NCBI GenBank assembly: GCA_937139335.1
Contig: CAKZPN010000006.1
Location: 59,959 to 123,958, forward strand
DNA: 64,000 nt
Direction of reading: 5' to 3'
From: an uncultured Roseicyclus sp.
GTDB taxonomy: Bacteria > Pseudomonadota > Alphaproteobacteria > Rhodobacterales > Rhodobacteraceae
Shown here: one piece after another, positions 47,325 to 55,164 of the stretch
Layout: each line of letters opens with the position of its first letter
Position numbering within the stretch: position 1 is the first letter of the stretch
Position numbers and translations under genes: made by a program
Notes under the pieces: model-generated
The model's input: the letters and a program-made list of their open reading frames with translations, nothing else
What the model was told of the DNA's origin: nothing
The model's database searches: none

Positions 47325-48302
47325 ATGCAACTCAAGGATTTCCTGACAGGCGCGGCCGCCTTGGCCGGGCTGGCGATCGTGGCGGCGACCCCCGCTGCGG
47401 CGCAGGATGACTACCCCAGCCAACCGCTGCAGATCATCGTGCCCTTCGGGCAGGGTGGCGCGACGGACCAGCTGTCGCGCATGTTCGCGCCGGCGCTGGA
47501 GGATCGGCTGGGCACGCCCATCGTCATCATCAACCAGCCGGGCGCCGGCGGGGCCGTGGGCCTCGCGAACCTCGCGCTGCTCGAGCCCGATGGCTACACG
47601 ATCGGCGTCGGGTCGGATTCGACCCTTGCCGCGCGTCCGCTGATGGACAGCTCCGGCTACACCCCCGAAAGCTTCGACACGGTGGTGCGGCTCGTCGACA
47701 TCCCCTCCGGCATCGCCGTGCGGGCCGACAGCCCCTACGAGACTCTGGACGACCTCGTGACGGCGCTGCAGTCGGGCGAGAGGCTGAACTGGTCGGGCTC
47801 CGGCATCGGCTCCGGTCCGCACCTGGCCATGGCGGTTTTCCTGGCCCAGAACGACCTGACCGCGACCTACGTCAACTCCAACTCCGGCCAGGAAGCGATG
47901 GTGAAGCTCCTGTCGGGCGAGGTCGACTTCTTCTCGGGCGGCGGGTCGAACTACCCGCCGATGATCGACGACGACGGCTCCAGCGACATCCGCGTGCTCG
48001 CGCTGGCCGCCGAGGAGCGGTGGCAGTACCTGCCCGACGTGCCGACCTTCACAGAGGCGGGCTACCCCTACCTGCGGTCGCAGTGGTTCGGCTTCGTCGG
48101 CCCGGCCGGGATGCCGCAGGAGGCGATCGACGCGATCACCGAAGCGGTGCGGGAAACGCTCGAAGCGCCCGAGTTCCAGGACCGGCTCGACCAGTTCTAC
48201 TTCAACCCGGCCTTCCAGACTTCGGAAGAGATGCGGGCGCAGATCGCCGAGGAGCAGGAAAGCTTCCTGCCGATCCTGCAGGAAGCCGGTCTCGCCGAAT
48301 AA
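47325..48302 (+). CDS. tctC: TctC/Bug family periplasmic solute-binding protein
   Basis: ATG at 47325 with GGAGGA 9 nt upstream. Signal peptide ...ATPAAAQ, then PLQIIVPFGQGGATDQLSR and INQPGAGG blocks. Confidence 0.9.
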   Translation: MQLKDFLTGAAALAGLAIVAATPAAAQDDYPSQPLQIIVPFGQGGATDQLSRMFAPALEDRLGTPIVIINQPGAGGAVGLANLALLEPDGYTIGVGSDSTLAARPLMDSSGYTPESFDTVVRLVDIPSGIAVRADSPYETLDDLVTALQSGERLNWSGSGIGSGPHLAMAVFLAQNDLTATYVNSNSGQEAMVKLLSGEVDFFSGGGSNYPPMIDDDGSSDIRVLALAAEERWQYLPDVPTFTEAGYPYLRSQWFGFVGPAGMPQEAIDAITEAVRETLEAPEFQDRLDQFYFNPAFQTSEEMRAQIAEEQESFLPILQEAGLAE

Positions 48303-48331
48303 CCCGGCACTCTGACCGCAAGATTGCCCGT

Positions 48332-48349
48332 CCGCCCCTGTCGGGGCGG
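48332..48349 (+). other. intercistronic stem-loop downstream of tctC
   Basis: CCGCCCC-tgtc-GGGGCGG (7-bp stem, extendable imperfectly), 30 nt after the tctC stop. No U-tract. Confidence 0.3.
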
Positions 48350-48405
48350 GCGCGGCACCACAACCGCGCCCCACGGCGGGCGCACGGATCGGGAGGATCC
48401 CAGAC

Positions 48406-48846
48406 ATGGCTCTGAAGCATGAGGACACGGTTGCGGGAGCCGGGCTGAGCGCGGTCGGCGCGGCCTTCGTGTGGTTCTCGCTCGACATCGGCACCGGCGC
48501 GCGCGGCGCAACGCTGCCGCCCAACTTCTTCCCGCTGCTCTGCGCGGGCGGCCTCATCCTGTGCGGCGTTGTCCTGCTGATCCGCGGCCTGAGGTCCGAG
48601 GCCGGGCCGCTGCCACAGGTTCTGGACCTGCGGATCGCCGTCGTCGGCGGGCTGCTCTTCGTGTTCTACTGGTTCTTCCGCGATCTCGATTTCCGCGCCG
48701 GCGCCTTCGTCCTGACCCTGGTCACGATGCTGATGTTCGGCATCCGCTCGATCCCGCAACTCGTCATTCTGCCGCTGGTGCTGGCCTTCGGGCTCTACTT
48801 CGCCTTCACCCGCGGCTTCAGCCTGGTGCTCCCGACATGGATATGA
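48406..48846 (+). CDS. tctB: TctB small membrane subunit
   Basis: 146 aa with four hydrophobic segments, lying between tctC and tctA. It overlaps tctA by 10 nt. Confidence 0.8.
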   Translation: MALKHEDTVAGAGLSAVGAAFVWFSLDIGTGARGATLPPNFFPLLCAGGLILCGVVLLIRGLRSEAGPLPQVLDLRIAVVGGLLFVFYWFFRDLDFRAGAFVLTLVTMLMFGIRSIPQLVILPLVLAFGLYFAFTRGFSLVLPTWI

Positions 48847-50375
48847 TCGCCGACCTTGCCGCGGGCGCCGCGGCCATCGCCGACCCTTGGGTCATTCTTT
48901 TCGTCTTCCTCGGGGCCGTCATCGGCATGGTCTTCGGGGCCGCGCCCGGGCTGACCGCCACCTCGGCCATCGTGCTGTTCCTGCCGGTGACCTACGCCAT
49001 GGGCCCGACGACCTCGATGGCGCTGCTGCTGGGGATCTATTGTTCGGGCTATTTCGCCGGATCCATTCCCGCGATCTTGCTGAACACGCCCGGCGCGCCG
49101 GGTTCGGCGGCGACGGCGCTGGACGGCTACGCCATGGCGCAACAGGGCTACGGCGACCGCGCGATCCTGACGGCGGTGATGTCGTCCTTCGTGGGCGGGC
49201 TGTTCTCGCTGTTGCTGCTGGCGCTGATCGCGCCGTCCCTGGCCCGCGTCGCGCTGAGCTTCACTTCGGTCGAATACTTCACCTTCGCGCTGGTCGGCAT
49301 CGTCTGCGTCGCGGGCATCTCGCGCGGCTCGATGATCAAGGGGCTGGCGGCGGCCTTCATCGGGGTTCTTGCCTCCACCGTGGGCCTCGACCCGGTGTCG
49401 GGCGTCGGCCGTTTCCTTTTCGGGCAGCCGAACCTGATGGGAGGCATCCCGACCACCGCCGCGCTGATCGGCCTTTTCGCGGTGGCGCAGATGATGCTGC
49501 TGACCGCCAAGGGACGCCAGGAGGCCGAGGTGCTGCCGGTGCAGCAGACCACGTCGGTGGCCGAAGTCCTGAAGGATTTCACGCGCAACAAGTTCCTGAT
49601 GCTGAAATCCGCCGTGGTGGGCGCGCTCATCGGCATCCTGCCCGGCACCGGGCCGTCGATCGCGTCCTGGGTCAGCTATTCCGACGCTCTGCGCACGGCC
49701 AAGCCGGGCGACAGGTACGGCAAGGGCGAGCCGAAGGGTCTGATCGCCTGCGAAGTGTCCAACAATGCCGTCACCGGCGGCGCGCTGGTGCCGTTGCTGA
49801 CGCTCGGCATTCCGGGCGACCCGGTGACGGCGGTGCTCATCGGCGCACTGATGATCCAGGGCTTCGAGACCGGCCCCTTCTTCATCCCGCACAACACGCC
49901 GCTGTTCTACTCGATCCTGATCCTGCTCCTGATCTCGAATTTCCTGATGCTAGGCATCGGCATCGCTGGCCGCCGGCTGGCGGCCAAGGTTCTTGAGATC
50001 CCGCATGGCATCATGGTGCCGACGATCCTGTGCGTGGCCGGGGCGGGCGCCTTTTCGCTGGCGTCCAACCCGTTCTACCTCAAGCTCGTCATCATCTTCG
50101 GTGCGATGGGCTACTTGATGGTGCGCTTCAAGATCCCTACCGCCCCGGCGGTCCTCGGCATCGTCCTCGGCCCGATCCTGGAACAGAACCTGCGCAACGC
50201 GCTCACCGCGAACGACATGGACGCGACGGTGTTCGTGACCCGGCCGATCAGCGCGGTGACGCTGGCCTTCATGTGCCTGCTGCTGTGGGTCTGGCTGAAA
50301 CCCGCCAAGAAGTCCGACGATAGCGGGGACGGCGGCGGTTCGGGCACACCGTCGGATGCGGAGTTGAAGGGATGA
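48837..50375 (+). CDS. tctA: TctA large membrane subunit
   Basis: In-frame ATG at 48837 (MDMIADL...) inside ORF 48471..50375. GAAPGLTATSAIVLFLP and TLGIPGDPVTAVL blocks. Confidence 0.9.
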   Translation: MDMIADLAAGAAAIADPWVILFVFLGAVIGMVFGAAPGLTATSAIVLFLPVTYAMGPTTSMALLLGIYCSGYFAGSIPAILLNTPGAPGSAATALDGYAMAQQGYGDRAILTAVMSSFVGGLFSLLLLALIAPSLARVALSFTSVEYFTFALVGIVCVAGISRGSMIKGLAAAFIGVLASTVGLDPVSGVGRFLFGQPNLMGGIPTTAALIGLFAVAQMMLLTAKGRQEAEVLPVQQTTSVAEVLKDFTRNKFLMLKSAVVGALIGILPGTGPSIASWVSYSDALRTAKPGDRYGKGEPKGLIACEVSNNAVTGGALVPLLTLGIPGDPVTAVLIGALMIQGFETGPFFIPHNTPLFYSILILLLISNFLMLGIGIAGRRLAAKVLEIPHGIMVPTILCVAGAGAFSLASNPFYLKLVIIFGAMGYLMVRFKIPTAPAVLGIVLGPILEQNLRNALTANDMDATVFVTRPISAVTLAFMCLLLWVWLKPAKKSDDSGDGGGSGTPSDAELKG

Positions 50376-52126
50376 CCGAAGCCATGACCGGGCATCGGCT
50401 GCGCAACGTCGACGGACCCCGTAGCGCCGCGCACCACCTGCTGCAGGCGCTGTGCGATGTGGGCATCGACTATGTCTTCGCCAACCTCGGCACCGACCAC
50501 GCGCCCATCATCGAGGAGATGGCGCGCTGGCGGGCCGAGGGGCGGGAGGGGCCGAGGGTGCTGCTCTGCCCGCACGAATCCACTGCCGCGCACATGGCGA
50601 TGGGCTATGCCGTCGCCACCGGGCGGGGGCAGGGCGTGCTGGTGCACGTGGACGTGGGCACCACCAACGCCGCCACGGCAATGCACAACGCCTGCCGCTC
50701 GCGCCTGCCCGTCTTGCTGATGGCGGGCAAGGCGCCCTACACGAGCCACGGCGAGCTGCCCGGCACGCGCGACAACTACGTGCATTTCATCCAGGAGCCG
50801 CAGGACCAGGGCTCGGTCGTGCGGCCCTACGTGAAATGGGAATACACTTTGCAATCCGCCGTCCATGTCGGCGAAGTGCTGCGCCGCGCGCATACGGTGA
50901 TGCAGTCGGGCGCGCGCGGGCCGGTCTACCTGATGCTGCCGCGCGAGGCGCTGACGGGGCAGGCGGATGGCGCAGAGCTTCCGGTCTTTCCGGCGTCCAA
51001 GCATGGCGAGATGGTGCCGGGCGGCCTGCCCGACGCGCCGCTGCGCGATCTCGCCCGGCGCCTGCTGGAGGCCGAAAGGCCGCTCATCATCGCTTCCTAC
51101 GCCGGGCACACTCCGGGAACTTCTGAGGCGATCGAGCGCCTGTCCGAGCTGGTGGGCGCGGCGGTGGTGCAGAACGCGATGGTGTCGAACATCAACCACG
51201 AGATGCCGTGCTTTGCGGGCGGGCTGCCCGGCGAGCGGCTGCCAGACGCCGATGTGGGGCTGATCGTGGACAGCGACGTGCCGTGGATCCCGTCGGCCGG
51301 CCGGCCCGACCCAAGCGCGTTCTGGGCACATGTGGATGTCGACGCGCTGAAAACCGGGTCGCCGATCTGGTCCTTCCCCGCCGACCTGCGGCTGGAGGGC
51401 AGCAGCGCGCAGATCGTCGGGCGGCTGGCCGAACTGGTCGAGGAGATGCGGAGCGCGGACCAGGCGGAGCGCGCGGCTGCGCGCGTGGCCGAGCTGTCCG
51501 CGGCGGGCGACAAGCGCCGCGCCTCGGCCGCCGAGGCGGCGGCAGACCCGGGCGCGCCCGACGCGCTGAACCCGCACCACGTGCTGCGCGCGCTGGGGCA
51601 GGCGCTGCGCTCCGAGGACGTGATCTTTCACGAGGCGGTGCGCAACCAGCCGGTGATGGTCCGCCAGATCCCGCGCTCGCTGCCCGGCACCATGACCCGC
51701 ACAGCGGGCGGCGGGCTGGGCGCCTCGGGCGGCATGGCGCTGGGCTACAAGTTGGCGCGCCCCGACCGGCTGGTGGTGCAGATCGTCGGTGATGGCGCGT
51801 TCTACTACAACAACCCGGCCTCGATGCTGGCGGTGTCCCGGCAATACGACCTGCCGACGCTGACGGTGGTGCTGGACAACGCCGGCTGGTCGGCGGTGAA
51901 GGAAAGCACGCTGCGCTGCTACCCCGACGGGGCGGCGAAGGCAGACGGCGATTTCGCCTCGGATTTCCGCAGCGACACCGATTACGCTGCCATCGCCGCG
52001 ATGTTCGGGTTCGAGGGCGTCACCCTGCGCGACCCCGACACGGTCGCGGAACAGGTGAACCGCGCGGTCGACACCGTGCGCGGCGGAAAATCGGTGGTGA
52101 TGCACGTCCGGCTGCCCCGGCACTAG
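50372..52126 (+). CDS. thiamine diphosphate-dependent enzyme (acetolactate synthase-like superfamily)
   Basis: ATGA overlap with tctA; 584 aa. N-terminal PYR domain (GIDYVFANLGTDH...CPHESTAAHMAMGYA) and a C-terminal GDGAFYYNNP ThDP/Mg motif. Confidence 0.9.
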   Translation: MTEAMTGHRLRNVDGPRSAAHHLLQALCDVGIDYVFANLGTDHAPIIEEMARWRAEGREGPRVLLCPHESTAAHMAMGYAVATGRGQGVLVHVDVGTTNAATAMHNACRSRLPVLLMAGKAPYTSHGELPGTRDNYVHFIQEPQDQGSVVRPYVKWEYTLQSAVHVGEVLRRAHTVMQSGARGPVYLMLPREALTGQADGAELPVFPASKHGEMVPGGLPDAPLRDLARRLLEAERPLIIASYAGHTPGTSEAIERLSELVGAAVVQNAMVSNINHEMPCFAGGLPGERLPDADVGLIVDSDVPWIPSAGRPDPSAFWAHVDVDALKTGSPIWSFPADLRLEGSSAQIVGRLAELVEEMRSADQAERAAARVAELSAAGDKRRASAAEAAADPGAPDALNPHHVLRALGQALRSEDVIFHEAVRNQPVMVRQIPRSLPGTMTRTAGGGLGASGGMALGYKLARPDRLVVQIVGDGAFYYNNPASMLAVSRQYDLPTLTVVLDNAGWSAVKESTLRCYPDGAAKADGDFASDFRSDTDYAAIAAMFGFEGVTLRDPDTVAEQVNRAVDTVRGGKSVVMHVRLPRH

Positions 52127-52614
52127 GGCGCGGCGATTGCCTCCATCCGGGCGACGAGCGCGTCGATGAGGTCGTCCGCCAGCGGCGCGGGCAATGTCGT
52201 GCCATAGGCGGCGAGGGTTTCGCGCGCGGCCTCGGCCGGTGCCACGCCGTCACGCCCCGGCAGCGTCGCCGCCTCCAGTGTTTTCAGCTGCACCTTCTCG
52301 GCCGACAGTTCCACCTTCTTCACCTGGCTGCGGAACCCTTCCTGCGCCGCCGCGTCGGGGTTCAGCGCCTCGGTCTTCAGCTTGCGGCGCAGCGCGCGGA
52401 GCGGGCGGACGACTTCCTCCCGCCATGGGGCGACGGCGGCATCCAGCGCACGGATCGCGTCGGCCTCGGTAACGCGGCCGCGCGCCGCGTGCCACAGCAG
52501 GCAGAGCGCCACCGGCACGTCGCCGCCAAATTCGTCTTGCAGGCGCAGGCAGTGCTCTTGCGTTTCCGCGTCGTCGTAGAACCGCAGGGCAAAGGACCAC
52601 AGGTCGTCATCCAT
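52123..52614 (-). CDS. TIGR02444/DUF2390 family protein
   Basis: Start at 52614 or 52620 (MAMDDDLWSFALRFYDD...CLRLQDEFGGDVPVALCLLW). It overlaps the GntR stop by 8-14 nt, and its stop shares CTAG with the convergent ThDP gene. Confidence 0.7.
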   Translation of the reverse strand: MDDDLWSFALRFYDDAETQEHCLRLQDEFGGDVPVALCLLWHAARGRVTEADAIRALDAAVAPWREEVVRPLRALRRKLKTEALNPDAAAQEGFRSQVKKVELSAEKVQLKTLEAATLPGRDGVAPAEAARETLAAYGTTLPAPLADDLIDALVARMEAIAAP

Positions 52615-53314
52615 CGCCATCGCGCTCCCCGGCCTCCAGCCAGGCGACGGCGGAGACGCCCACCGCGCGGATATGGCGTGACAATGCCGCGACCGAGCCT
52701 TCGACATCGCGGGCGGTCAGCCGCTCCACGATCTCGTGCAACTCGACTGCGCGAGCCTCGGCACGGGTCTGCTGTTTCAGCGAGCGCGAGCGCAGGAACC
52801 CGATCCGGTTGAACAGCTGCACGAACACCCGCTGCATCACCGGGTTGCCGGCATGGGTGAAGAGCAGGTCGTAGAACGCCTCCTTCACCGCCAGCCGTTC
52901 TTCCAGGTTGTCGGTGCTGAGCGCGGCGGTGAAGCGGCGGTCAAACTCGGTCAGTTCGTCGAAGGCCCGGTCGGGCGCGCGCGCGATGAACATCGGCGCC
53001 GCGGCGCATTCCAGCACCTCGCGGAACTCGTAGATCTGGCGCGCCCGCGCGGCGGTCATCAGGGCGACGAAGGGCCGGCCGCGCGGCCCGACCTCCACCA
53101 GTTCCTCGATCTCGAGCTGGCGCAGCGCCTCGCGCACCGAAGTGCGGCTGACCCCCAGCGCGTCACACAGATCACGCTCCAGCAGCCGCTGACCCGGCTC
53201 GAACCGCCCGCCGACGATGGCCGCGCGCAGACGCTCCAGCACCCGGTCGCGCAGCAGGAGAGTGGGCTGGTCCAGCAACATGTCGTCGGGCAGGGCAGTG
53301 CGGTGCTGCATCAT
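52607..53314 (-). CDS. GntR family regulator, FadR-type (FCD domain)
   Basis: 235 aa. wHTH (LLERDLCDALGVSRTSVREALRQLEIEELV) plus a helical FCD domain. Confidence 0.9.
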   Translation of the reverse strand: MMQHRTALPDDMLLDQPTLLLRDRVLERLRAAIVGGRFEPGQRLLERDLCDALGVSRTSVREALRQLEIEELVEVGPRGRPFVALMTAARARQIYEFREVLECAAAPMFIARAPDRAFDELTEFDRRFTAALSTDNLEERLAVKEAFYDLLFTHAGNPVMQRVFVQLFNRIGFLRSRSLKQQTRAEARAVELHEIVERLTARDVEGSVAALSRHIRAVGVSAVAWLEAGERDGDG

Positions 53315-53318
53315 GGTC

Positions 53319-55076
53319 CTAGTCCAGCGCCGTGATCACTTCGACCACGGCGACCTTGCCCCTTTTCACCTCTGCCAGCGCCTCGCGCAAGGCGGGCGCC
53401 ACGGCCTCGGGGTCGTCGATGGGCCCGGTCGCCCAGGCGCCGAAGCCGCGCGCGATGGCGGCAAGGTCCGCCTCGGGGTCCTCGGTGCGCTGGCCGATAT
53501 GGGCGCGCTCCACCGCGCGGCCGCGCTGCTTCGCGACCTCGCGCTGGTGCAACTCGTCATTGCCCCAGGACCGGTTGTTCATCAGCACGACCAGCAGCGG
53601 CGCGTCGTGATGCGCGGCGGTCCAGAGTGCGCCGGGCGCCATCATGAAATCGCCGTCGCCGATGATCGCGACCGGCAACGCGCCGGTGCCTTTCAGTCCG
53701 ATCGCCGCGCCCACGGCGGCACCGGGCCCGTAGCCCACGCCGCCGCCGCCGTCGCCGCCGAGGTAGTGGCCACAGCCGGGGAAATCCCAGTAACCGTCGC
53801 GCCAGGACCGGTGGTTGCGGACGACGAGGCGCCAGTCCTCGTCCTTCACAAGCTGGTAGACCTCGTGCGTGAGCCGTTCCATCGAGACCGGGCTTTCAGG
53901 GGAGCGATCCGAAAGCCGCGCCTGCGCTGCCTCCTGGATCTTCGCGTGCCGGGCCGCCAGTGCGTCGCGCCGGGCGGCCAGCACATTCGCGTCGCTGCCA
54001 AGGCGCTCGACCGCGTCGGCCAGTGCCACGAGCCCCGCCAGCGGGTCGGCGATGATCTGGTCGTCGAGCGGCGGGGTCGGCCCCCCGAACCGCGCCCAGG
54101 AATTGCCGAACCAGTCGTTCATCGACAGGTCGATCACGTGAGCGTCTTCAGCCCCCGCGCCGGTGCCCATGATCTGGCTGCGCCCGGTGCCGTAGCCGCG
54201 GGTGGCCAGCGTCAGGTCGTGCACATCGATGGCAAGGATCACGTCGGCCTCGGATTTCACCTTTTTGTCGCCATTCATGTTCTGCGGGTGGCGCGTCGGA
54301 AGGCAGACCGTGCAGCGGTCGTCGAGGTAGGCGGCCCCAGTCGCCTCGACCAGCCGGACCAGCGGCGCCGTCGCGCGCGCGTCGATGCCGAGCCTGCCGC
54401 AGACGATCAGCGGCGCCGTCGCCTGCAACAGCGTCTTGGCCACGCGCTCTATGGCCGCTGGGTCGGGCGTGACGGGGGCAGGCGGCGCGTAGCGGGGAAG
54501 CGCCGCGCCGGTCTCGCGCGGGCCGTCGAGCGGTTCTTCCTGCAACCCCGCGTCCAGCGAGACATAGACCGGACCCGGCGGCGCGGTGTGGGCGATGCGG
54601 CCCGCGCGCAGCATGGAATCGAGCGCGCCGTCCAGTGTCGCGGGTTCGTCTGTCCATTTCACGTAGGGCCGCACGAGGTCGCCCTGCGTGTTGGCGGAAT
54701 GCGCCCAGTCGATGAAGCGCCGCTTGCCCGGATCGGCCGGGCCGGACCCGCCGAGGATCACTAGGGGCGTCTGGTCGCAGAAGGCGTTGAAGACCGACAT
54801 GGAGCCGTTCATCAGCCCGACGAGGTTGTGCAGGATGGCGAAACCGGTCTTGCCCGTCGCCTTGGCGTAGCCATGCGCCATGGCCACAGCACTCGCCTCA
54901 TGGGTGGCGAGGCCCATCTTGGGCTTCTCGTCGCCAAGGTAGTTCACCAGCGAATCGTGCAAGCCCCGGAAGCTGGAACCGGGGTTCAGGAACACCCATT
55001 CCGCGCCCATGTCGCGCAAGGCCTGCGCCATCAGGTCCGAGCCCCAGTCCGCCGCGTTTCGCCCCTTGGCCGTCAT
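53319..55076 (-). CDS. thiamine diphosphate-dependent enzyme, paralogue of 50372..52126
   Basis: 585 aa. It shares VRPYVKW, PGPVY and GDGDFMM (GDG..N) blocks with the other ThDP gene. First gene of the ThDP-GntR-DUF2390 string. Confidence 0.9.
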   Translation of the reverse strand: MTAKGRNAADWGSDLMAQALRDMGAEWVFLNPGSSFRGLHDSLVNYLGDEKPKMGLATHEASAVAMAHGYAKATGKTGFAILHNLVGLMNGSMSVFNAFCDQTPLVILGGSGPADPGKRRFIDWAHSANTQGDLVRPYVKWTDEPATLDGALDSMLRAGRIAHTAPPGPVYVSLDAGLQEEPLDGPRETGAALPRYAPPAPVTPDPAAIERVAKTLLQATAPLIVCGRLGIDARATAPLVRLVEATGAAYLDDRCTVCLPTRHPQNMNGDKKVKSEADVILAIDVHDLTLATRGYGTGRSQIMGTGAGAEDAHVIDLSMNDWFGNSWARFGGPTPPLDDQIIADPLAGLVALADAVERLGSDANVLAARRDALAARHAKIQEAAQARLSDRSPESPVSMERLTHEVYQLVKDEDWRLVVRNHRSWRDGYWDFPGCGHYLGGDGGGGVGYGPGAAVGAAIGLKGTGALPVAIIGDGDFMMAPGALWTAAHHDAPLLVVLMNNRSWGNDELHQREVAKQRGRAVERAHIGQRTEDPEADLAAIARGFGAWATGPIDDPEAVAPALREALAEVKRGKVAVVEVITALD

Positions 55077-55099
55077 CCCGCACCCTCCCCGTTGCGTGG

Positions 55100-55114
55100 T
55101 TACGTATTACGTAA
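55100..55114. promoter_or_regulatory. perfect 7-1-7 palindrome (candidate GntR/FadR-type operator)
   Basis: TTACGTA-T-TACGTAA in the 88-nt divergent gap between the ThDP enzyme and the aldehyde dehydrogenase. It contains a GT-N3-AC core as in GntR-family sites, and a TAATAT -10-like hexamer follows at 55119-55124. Confidence 0.45.
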
Positions 55115-55164
55115 TAGGTAATATGAAATTGACCAAGTCCGCAAGCTGACAGGGGAGGCCCGAC

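Noticed and set aside
53319-55076. Sulfoacetaldehyde acetyltransferase (Xsc), considered because of the nearby TauE/SafE and NitT/TauT genes.
   Set aside because: The N-terminal and central blocks do not match my recollection of Xsc sequences. No pta, tauXY or tpa-type partners are present. I keep the call as a generic ThDP enzyme.
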